From NCBI RefSeq assembly GCF_009914755.1, contig NC_060937.1: a stretch of 64,000 nt of DNA. One strand, written 5' to 3'. The notes beneath the pieces are model-generated. The model searched no databases and had not been told where the DNA came from. It worked only from the letters and a program-made list of their open reading frames with translations. The translations under genes were made by a program, and so were the position numbers. The stretch is from the human T2T-CHM13v2.0 reference genome, Homo sapiens. This document shows, piece after piece, positions 16,906 through 27,832 of this stretch; the first letter of the stretch is position 1, and each line of letters opens with the position of its first letter.

Positions 16906-19288
16906 GAAGTCCTAGCTAGAGCATTGAGACAAGAGAAAGAAACAAAGGGGATCTATTTGGAAAGGAAAAAGTAAAATTACCCTTGTTTGAAGATGATATA
17001 ATCTTATATTTGGGAAACCTAAAGACTCTCCCTAAGAACTGATAAACAAATTCAGTAAAGTTGCAGGATAAAAAATAAACATACAAAATCAGTAGCCCTT
17101 GTATATACCAACATTGAACAATCTGAAAAAGAAATCAGAAACTAATGCCATTTACAATAGCTCAAACAAAATAAGATATGTAGGAATACACTTCACCTAA
17201 GAAGTGAAAGACCTCTACAGTAAGAACTATAAAACATTGATTCAAGAAATGGAAGAGGAGACAAAATTGAAAAAAATATTCCATTTTCATGGATTGGAAG
17301 AATCCATATCGTTAAAATGTCCATCCTATGCAAAGCAATCTACAGAATCAATGAAGTCCCTATCAACATACCAGTGATATTCTTCACAGAAATAGAAACA
17401 ATAATCCTAAAACTTTCTGATGGAATCAGAAAACACCCAGAATAGCCAAAGCCATTCTGAGCAGAATAAAACTGAAGGAATTACATAACCTGACTTAAAA
17501 TTATACTACAGAGCTATGGTAACCAAAGCAGCATGGTAACTGGCATAAAAAAAAGACACATGGACCAGTGCAACAGAATAGAGAGGACAGAAATAAATGC
17601 ATACCTCTACAGGGAACTCACTTCAACAAAAATACCAAGAACATGCATTGGTGAAAAGACAGTGTCTTCAATTAATGGTGCTGTGAAAATTGGATATCCA
17701 TATTTAGAAGAATGAAACTAGACCCCTGTCTCTCATCACACACAAAAAATCAAATGCATTAAAGACCTAAATCTAAGATGTCAAACTATGAATCTACTGA
17801 AAGAGAACATTTGGGAAACTTCAGAACATTGGTCTGGGCAAAGATTTATTGAGTAATACCCCTGAAGCACAAACCAGAGCAAAAATAGACAAATAGAATC
17901 ATGTCAAACTCCAAAGCTTCTACACAGCAAAGGAGACAATCAACAAAGTGAGGAGATAACCCACAGAATGGGAGAAAATATTTGCAAACTATCCATCTGA
18001 CAAGAGATTAATAACCAGAATATATAAGGAGATCAAACCACTCAATAGGAAAAAAAATCTAATAATCTGATTTTAAAATGGGCAAAATATCTCAATAGAC
18101 ATTTCTCAAAAGAAGAAATGGCAAACAGGCACACAGTGGCACACAAATGGCAAATAGGTATATAGAAAGGTGCTCAACATCATTGATCATGAAGGAAATG
18201 CAAATCAAAACTACAATGAGATAACATCTCACCCCACTAGAAAGCGCTTTGATACAAAAGACAAGCAACAACAAATGCTGGCAAGGATATAGAGAAAAGG
18301 GAACCCTCATACACTGTTGTTGGGAATGTAAATAAGTACAACCACTATGGAGAACAGCATGGAGCTTCCTCAGAAAACTAAAAAAGAACTGCCGTATGAT
18401 CCAGCAATCCCCCTTTAACAGTCTTTGCTCCTGTACCCCATCAGGAGAGGCAGATGCTATAGCCAAGTATCATGAAGAGGTGGCTGAGCAGTTTGAGAAA
18501 AGCAGCATATTTCTCTATATCCTGTCAGTTCCAGCTGCTATTATGCACAATTATATGATGGATCTAGTGTGGAAAGATGTTAAAGAGAGCATTTGGGTAT
18601 TTATCCAAAGGAATGGAAATCAGTATGTCCAAGAGAGATTGGTACTTCCAAGTTTACTGCGGCACTATTCACAATAACCAATATTTGGAAGCAAGCTATG
18701 TGACCATCAACAGGCAAACAGATAAAGAAGATGTGAGATATACACACACACATATATATACACACACACACCCCCACAATGGAGCACTATTCAACCATAG
18801 AAAAGAATGAGATACTGTCATTTGCAACAACATTGAAGGAACTAGAGGTCATTATGTCAAGGGAAATAAGCCAGGCACAGAAAGACTTCTCATTCATTTG
18901 TGGGAGCTAAAAATTAAAACAATGAAACTCATGAACATAGAGAATTGAATGAAGGTTACCAGAGGTTGGGAAGGGTAATGGGGGTTGGGGATAAGTGAGG
19001 ATGGTTAATGGGTAAAAAATATATCGTTAGATAAAATGAATAAGATCTACTACTTGATAGCAGAACAGTGTGACTACAGTCAACAATATTTTATTGTACA
19101 TTTAAAAATAAAACAGTGTAATCGGAATGTTTGTAACTCAAAGAAATGATAAATGTTTGAGGTGATGAATACCCATTTACCCTGATATAATTATTATGCA
19201 TTGATTGTATGCCTCTGTCAAAATATCTCATGTATTTTATAAATATATACCTACTATGCCTCATACAAATAATTTTAAAAAGAAAACT
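16906..19288 (+). mobile_element. L1MA-type element, ORF2 3' half plus 3'UTR, carrying a foreign insert at 18412-18597
   Basis: Decayed ORF2 text (gaagatgatataatcttatat, gatccagcaatccc...tgggtatttatcc) and an L1MA-like 3'UTR ending in an A-rich tail. Confidence 0.88.
18412..18597 (+). pseudogene. Second, partial copy of the PKS acyltransferase fragment inserted into the L1
   Basis: Translates FNSLCSCTPSGEADAIAKYHEEVAEQFEKSSIFLYILSVPAAIMHNYMMDLVWKDVKESI. About 90% identical by eye to 19609-19789. Confidence 0.85.
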
Positions 19289-19547
19289 ACATGAGTACCA
19301 CAAGAGGTCACTTTCACTATGAAACATGATTTGCTGGCAAGACGAACTGCATCTGTGGAGATGATGAGCATCATTTGGCGTTTTAAGTGGATACCTGCAA
19401 CACTTGAGTTCACTGCAATAGCAACAGGAGGTGGCTATGAGATCATTACAATAGTGCAGTATGTACTAGATCTAATTGTATGCAGTTATGATTTATTTAT
19501 TTTTTATTTTTAAAAGATATATACTTCATTTTTTAGAGCCTTTATAG

Positions 19548-20480
19548 ATTCCGAGAACAGAAATCTCGAAGGCTGTAGTGTCCTTCTCCAGAAGAATGTG
19601 CATGGCAGCCTTTAACAGTCCTTGCTCCTATATCCTGTCAGGAGAGGCAGAAGCTACAGCCAAGTGTCATGAAAGGTGGCTCAGCAGTTTGAGAAAAGCA
19701 GGATATTTTCATATATTCTGTCAGTTCCAGCTGCTAATCACAATTATATGATGGATCCAGTGTGCAAAGACATTAAAGAGAGCATTGGGAATTTGGGGAG
19801 GATGGAGCCAGAAATGGAGCTGATTTCAATAACAACAGGAAAAACAGCTTGTGAAGATTTGACTACTGGCAAATATTGATACAGGAACATTCCAGAGCCA
19901 GTTGGTTTCATCCAGGCTCTCACAACCGCAGCCAAAGGAAGGGAAAATGTCATATTTGTTGAAATAGTCTCTAAGAGAGCCCTCCAGAGAAACATGAGAG
20001 AAGTCATAGGTAAAGAAACTTAATTTTCTCTTCTCTACAACCAAATAAAGAGTACGAGACTCTTTTTGACCTGGTACAAACTCTATTTGAATCTGGACAC
20101 AACCTTAACTGGCCATGCTTTTATGAAGGTTTGAAAATAACTCCAACAGTTTACCTAAGGTATCAGTTTGATCACAAGAGTCTTCTGCTGCAGAACAAAA
20201 TAGCTTACTCCAGTCATCCTCTCACTAGTATTGCAAGTGACAACATAGATTTCAGTTGCTTCAGAACTCGGGATACAGCACCCCATGTTTTTGAGCACAA
20301 AACAATGGAACTACTTAGGTTCCTTGTTCCTGTTTTGTGGAGCCTGGTTTGGCTTGTGTGATGGACAGTTTAAAACCCAGAGCACCTCTGAGTACATATC
20401 AGGTAAGAGTTGCTTTTTTAGCTCCCCGTGTGGTAAGCCAAAAATTTTTAGATATAAAGATGCAGTTGGAATCAGGAGAA
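19548..20480 (+). pseudogene. Decayed animal type I polyketide synthase fragment (C-terminal half of AT, post-AT linker, N-terminus of DH)
   Basis: Manual translation across 3 frameshifts and 2 stops gives these motifs in the correct order: MAAFNSPCSYILSG, VPAANHNYMMDP, GKY*YRNIPEPVGF, VIFVEI, NW, YLRYQFDH, HPL, FEHK-NGTT*VP, VEPGLA. These correspond to the AT (NSP..SG, A[F/Y]HS, YW.RN.R.PV.F, FVEI.P), linker (P.YQF) and DH (HPL, HxxxGxxxxP) signatures. Confidence 0.85.
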
Positions 20481-20713
20481 AGAGGGAAATCAGGAGAAAT
20501 AGGGAAATCACGGCTGCGTGTGGTTTTCGTTTTGGGGGCTCATGAAGCGGCCTGGGCCCTGTGACTCCTCCAGGGATTCCACATCCCAGGTGCTGCGGGA
20601 CCTGCGGGGGCGAGAAAGCTGGGCCGGTGACAGGAGGGCGCAACCCACCCCATCCCCCAGGGAAAGGGCTTCTCCCAGTTCCCCACCCTCCCAGCCCCCG
20701 CCCGGCCCATTAC

Positions 20714-20907
20714 CTCTTCTTCTTGTCTCTCTTGTCCAAGCCAGGGTCCCTGAGCATGAGAATGAGCTCCACTCTGGGGACTATGCCCCTCCAGGCAGCT
20801 CTGTGGAGATCGCCAAGATCTTCCAGGCAGACGTCGTACCCAGGCTCCAGGAAGGCGCTGTCATTGTGCTCGGCTCCACAGCCCACGCCGTCCTCGCTGC
20901 TCCTCCT
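20714..20907 (-). pseudogene. POTE/ANKRD26/CCDC144-family exon 1 fragment with an intact splice donor
   Basis: The minus strand translates [65 protein letters not shown]|gtaatg, matching POTE [37 protein letters not shown]...KRDK.KR. A GC-rich intron-1-like sequence follows (20510-20713). The 5' part is cut by an L1 fragment. Confidence 0.85.
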
Positions 20908-20909
20908 TA

Positions 20910-22310
<1,401 letters not shown>

Positions 22311-22359
22311 CTTTCATTATACAATGTTTAAAAATTCTAAAATTTTTGCCATGAATTAC

Positions 22360-22465
22360 TGTGATAGTTAAGTCTAGGTGTCAACATGACTGGATTAAGG
22401 GATACACAGAGAGCTGCTAAAGCACTATGTCTAGGTATGTCTGTGAGGGTGTTTTCGGAAGAGGT
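22360..22465 (+). mobile_element. MLT2 (ERVL) LTR 5' fragment
   Basis: tgtgatagttaagtctaggtgtcaacatgactggattaagggatac...ggtatgtctgtgagggtgtttt matches the MLT2 start. Confidence 0.75.
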
Positions 22466-23965
22466 GTCATACTGGTGTGACATATCATGACATATTGTAA
22501 TACTGATATGACACCCGTAAGACCGATATGATGCCCACAATACTGACATGACAGCCATAGACTCATATAACACCTGCAATACACATGTGACACCCCAATA
22601 CAAATGTGATACCGCAATACAGATGTGACACCAACAAGACTACTGTGACACCAATAAGACTGCTGTGACACCCATAAGACTGATGTGACACCCACAATAC
22701 TGATGTGACGATGTGATGCCCACAATACAGATGACACCTGCAAGAGGGCTATGATGCCCATAAGACTCATGTGACGCCCGCAATACAGATATGACACCCA
22801 TAAGACTCATGTGACACCCACAAGATTCATATGACACTCCTAAGACTCATATGACACCCATAATACTGATATGATGCCCGTAAGACTGATGTGATGCCTG
22901 CAATACTGATGACACCTGTAAGACTGATATGACACCCCCAATACTGATATGACACCCGCAATACTGATATGACACCCGCAATACAGATATGACACCCCCA
23001 ATACAGATATGACACCGACAATACAGATATGACACCCACAATACTGATATGACACCCGCAATACAGATGTGACACCCGCAATACAGATGTGACACCCGCA
23101 ATACAGATGTGACACCCGCAATACTGATATGACACCGCAATACACATATGACACCCGCAATACAGATATGACACCCGCAATACAGATATGACACCCGCAA
23201 TACTGATATGACACCCGCAATACAGATATGACACCCACAATACAGATATGACACCCGCAATACAGATATGACACCCTCAATACTGCTATGACCCCCGCAA
23301 TACAGATATGACCCCCGCAATACTGCTATGACACCCGCAATACTGATATGACACCCGCAATACAGATATGACACCCACAATACTGATATGACACCCGCAA
23401 TACAGATATGACATGCACAATACTGATATGACATCTACAATACAGATATGACACCCACAATACTCATATGACACCCGCAATACTGATATGACATCTACAA
23501 TATAGATATGACACCCACAATACTGATATGACACCCGCAATACAGATATGACATCTACAATACTGATATGACACCTGCAATACTGACATGACACCCGCAA
23601 TACAGATATGACATCTACAATACTGATATGACACCTGCAATACTGACATGACACCCGCAATACAGATATGACATCTACAGTACTGATATGACATCTGCAA
23701 TACTGATATGACACCCACAATACAGATATGACATGCACAATACTGATATGACACCTGCAATACAGATATGACACCCGCAATACTGATATGACACCCGCAA
23801 TACAGATATGACACCCGCAATACAGATATGACACCCGCAATACTGATATGACACCCGCAATACTTCTATGACACTTGCAAGACTGCTGTGACGTCCCTAA
23901 GACTCATATGACACCCGTAATACTGACACCCCCAAGACTGACATGACACTTGCAATACTAGTATG
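22466..23965. repeat. Minisatellite/VNTR, 20-bp unit gacacccgcaatac(a/t)gatat, roughly 75 units
   Basis: Directly visible tandem array. The core is homogeneous (about 22940-23860) and the flanks are degenerate taagac-type variants. Confidence 0.97.
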
Positions 23966-24119
23966 TCAGCCGATACAGCATCCAGACTCTCACCAGGGTG
24001 CTTGGTACACAGCTTCCAATGACCTTGATTTGGGTCGGGCTTGGCTTCTGTAATGAAGTTTGATGTTGTCTCTGCTTTACGGACATGGTATTGATGTGGT
24101 TGTTTATAATTTACTTTCC

Positions 24120-24600
24120 AGTCATTTCAGTTTAGGGAGGGTCAGAATCCTGTAGCCTCCAGCTACATGACTCCTAAAGCACAATTTCTAATCTTGTGGC
24201 TAATGTTAGTCCTAGAAAGGCAATCTAGTTCCCAGGCAAGAAAGAGGTCTGCTTTGGGAAAGGGCTGTTACCGTCTTTGTTTAAACTATAAGTTAAGTTT
24301 CTCCCAACATTAGTTCAGCCTACACCCAGGAATGAACAAGGAGGTTACAAGCAAGGCGGAGTCAGGTTAGATCTCTTTCACTGTCTCAGTCATAATTTTG
24401 CAAAGGCAGTTTCAATCCCTCCCTTTGAGTTTTATAACACCTTAATCTTAAGGTGCAGGCTATGAAGATGGGAAAAGGCCGTTGATCACTCTGGCTTCTT
24501 CCTGCTGACAGCGGACATAGTGGGAATGGGAGTGAACCCCAAGGTGAGAGAGTGGAACCACTTTGCAACTGTCTGAGCGTACTCATGCAGCCCTGGCTTT
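24120..24600 (-). mobile_element. LTR8-like ERV1 LTR fragment (to 24414) with adjacent polypurine tract and internal sequence
   Basis: The minus strand starts tgaaactgcctttgcaaaattatgactgagacagtgaaagagatctaac (LTR8 5' end), preceded by the PPT aaagggagggat. Confidence 0.8.
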
Positions 24601-24601
24601 T

Positions 24602-25305
24602 CAGTAGGCCTACACAGAAAATGTGAGTATCTAGCCCTGAAAGGTAAACACGAGCTTTGTGCCAAAATCCTACATGCCGTGGTCTTTTCTTTCGCTGAAT
24701 TCAACATATTTTGATATTGATCGCTTTTTAAAAACACATTTTGCACAAGCTCAGAATAAAGTATTTCAAACCTCAGTTAGTGCTTTCAGGAATATATGCA
24801 CATAAAGCCCTAAATGCTAAAAGAAAGATATGGCACAAAAATAATTTATTATTTGCCGTGATCTTTCACTGAATTCAACATGTATTAACTAAGGGCAGTT
24901 TTCAAAGACACATCCTGTCAAACCTCAGAAAACACAATTCTGAGCATAGTAGGCCTATACAGAAAATGTATCTAGTCTTAAAAAGTAAATGCAAGCTTTG
25001 TGCCAAAAACCCAGATGGTGTCCTGTTTTCTTTCACTGAATTCAAGATGTTGACATTGATCACTTTTCAAAAACGCATTTTGTACAGGCTCGGGGAAAAT
25101 TTTTTTGAAGCCACGTTAGCGCTTCCAAGAAGATATGCATATGCAGCCCTAAAGGCTATAAGCAACACATGGCACACAAAGAATGTACGACATGCGGCTT
25201 TCTTTCACTGAATCACACATGTATTAACTAAGAGCAGTTTTTAAAGACACACCTTGTCAAATCTCCAAAGACACAATTCGGAGCACAGTAGGCCCACACA
25301 GAAAA
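24602..25305 (+). repeat. Ancient dimeric alpha satellite, about 4 monomers (about 171 bp, dimer about 340 bp)
   Basis: The anchor tctttc(a/g)ctgaat recurs at 24688, 24862, 25029 and 25201. Blocks align to the alphoid consensus: gagcagtttt..aaa.acac, aggcctat...gaaaa...tatct, taaaaa.ta....aagc. Confidence 0.8.
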
Positions 25306-26784
25306 CACTGTGCTGGGAATTAAACGTAAGGCAGGGTTCTTGGTGCAATGATTTGTCTACTAAGTCAAAAGTTAATAATACTAGAAACTAGTACTGAGGT
25401 CAAATTAACAATGACCAACCAGTGCAAGGCTACTAATCTTGCTTTCTGAATGTAATGCTAGAAATTCATAAACAAAATTGGCATTTGCTTTTTTCCCCTT
25501 ATTTTCTAAGATGAGCAGCAGAGCTTAAAGATAGATATTAAATAAATTCCCCATACAAATAAGGGCTGGTCATTGCACATATTCAAACATTTGTTCACTT
25601 ATTCAGCAAATACCTATTGAAGGTTTATTACATGCCAAACTCTATTTCTTCCAGTGATACGGAAGGAAAAATCAACATCCTTGCCCTAACGGTGCTCACA
25701 TTCTAGTTGTAGGTATATCCCCATGGGATGTGACTGACCTGCTGACGTTATTCTTCCAGGTGAGACTGAAAACCCCTGCATCCTTGAGCTCATGGACGAT
25801 GTGCTCTATGAGGCAGTAGAGGAGCTCCGCCTGGTACTCGACACTCCACAAAGCAACTCTCCCTTTGGGGCTGCAGTTGGTGAACAAAAAGAAACTCTCA
25901 AGGATCCAAGATGATGCTGATAGTAAGAAGTCATTTTTTGTGCTTCAGCTGTAAGTTGGGAAGTGAAATCCATCCAAATCCAGGTTTTAAGGGGTTCAGA
26001 AACCCGCCACCCCTCCCCTGCTTTCTGACTAGGGTTTTTAAGCAATTGAGAAATACGAAAAAGACAAAGCAAATGGGAAACAGAATAAACCATTAAAACT
26101 GATAAAGCTGATGTTGGAGAATATGGCTTATATCTGAACACTGAATCCCAAACATCCATACCTGCCCTCTCCTCTATACACACCCTTGGGTATAGGGGTA
26201 CCAACAGTTTCCTCCCTCCCCACCCACCTTCATGGCCTGTTCACATGTACTTTATGGCACATAGGGACAGCTGGGAGCACATGCTCTCTGGGGGCTGGTT
26301 AAGTCCCAGGAAGGAGCTGGGCAACACATGCCAGCTTTTCCTTCCACACATACCCTAATTTTGAGGGAGGAGACAGAAGCCAGGAGTGTAATAGTTATTA
26401 AGCCCCTCCCACATGGAAACAAACATAGAAAAGGAGGAAAAGCATTCCCCTTACTAGCAATTTCATTTGTCTGTGTTTTCCACAATTTTAGAGACTTATT
26501 AAATTTGGAGAAACCAAATTTAACGTCACTGAACCCAAAGAACCCGGAGAGTCAGTGGTTATAAGAATTCCAGTGATTCACCAAGGAGACACTTCCAAGG
26601 TTTCCATCGTGAGTCCACACCAAGGATAGCTCGGCCACCTGTGGAGAAGACTACCACCTGTGTCAGAAGCTGTGGGGCTCCCAGGACGTGTCTCCCGATG
26701 GATCATGCCAACTCTGTGTGCTAGTGCCAGTGCCCTTGAGGAAAAGAAGAGAAACATCCAATTGAAAAAAAATAGGCACACTCT

Positions 26785-27060
26785 TTGTTGGGGGGTATAA
26801 GTTTAAGGGGTACAAGTGCAATTTTGTTACATGGTTATATTGTGTAGTGGTGAAGTCTAGTCTTTTAGTACATCCATCAATCGAATAATGTACATTGTAC
26901 CCATTAAGAAATTTCTCAGTACCCACCCCCTGCCACTCTCCCAGCCTCCCAAGTCTTCAGTGTTTATCATTCCACACTCGAAGTTCATGTGTACACATTA
27001 TTTAGCTATCACTTGTAAGTGAGAACAAGCAGGATTTGACTTTCTGTTCCTGAGAAGTTT
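26785..27060 (-). mobile_element. L1 (L1MA/PB) 3'UTR fragment
   Basis: ggggtacaagtgcaattttgttacatgg...tttagctatcacttgtaagtgagaaca. Confidence 0.8.
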
Positions 27061-27504
27061 CAATTAAAATACAGACATATTCTTTTAAATTTATTTTCTT
27101 TAGTAAAACAAAAACAATGCAATTTATTTCCAAGAATTTTTTTCTTTTTGACTTACAGGGTATATGTGTTAGGACTTAGAGAAATTGTGAGTAAATGTGC
27201 TAGATGACCTTCTGTTTCGAGTTGACTTTCTATTGGTTTTATCTTCATTGTAGTTGTCAGATTAAATAATTTCCTATATTTTTCTATGTCATTGCAATAT
27301 GCATGATAACTGAGATAACAATCTATTTTAGTTTAGAGAACACCAGCAATCTAAATCTACACCTAGGAAATGTGGTAACAAAGGACAGTAAAAGTATGGC
27401 AAAATATTAATCGCAGAGACCATGAATTCTCTGGGATTTGGGAGCCACTTATAGATGTCCTTCATCCCTCTCTTTTTGCAAATGTTGGGCCATTTCACCA
27501 TTTC

Positions 27505-27832
27505 CTTTTTTCTTTTTTTTCTTTCTTTTCTTTTTTTTTTTTTTTTTTTTTGAGATATTCTTGCTCTGTTGGCCAGGCTAGAGTGCAGTGGTACAACCTC
27601 AGCTCACTGTAATCTCCGCGTCCTGGGTTCAAGCAATCTTTCCACCTCAGCCTCCCAAGAAGCTGGGACTACAGGCATGTGCCATCATGCCCAGCTAATT
27701 TTTTGTATTTTTGTTAGAGACAGGATTTCACCATGTTGGCCAGGCTGGTCTGAAACTCCTGGCCTCAAGTGATCTGCCTACCTTGGCCACCCAAAGTGCT
27801 GGGATTACAGGCATGAACCACCAAACTTGGCC
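27505..27832 (-). mobile_element. Alu (J/S)
   Basis: Poly-T followed by the reverse Alu consensus. Confidence 0.88.

Noticed and set aside
19548-20480. Alternative reading as a FASN pseudogene or as bacterial contamination
   Set aside because: The motifs differ from FASN as I recall it. The segment is AT-rich, decayed, embedded among primate repeats and has a diverged local copy inside an L1.
22417-23860. Cys/Tyr-rich ORFs up to 195 aa and a superficially CRISPR-like periodicity
   Set aside because: Artefacts of the 20-bp tandem repeat. There are no unique spacers or cas genes, and the DNA is human.
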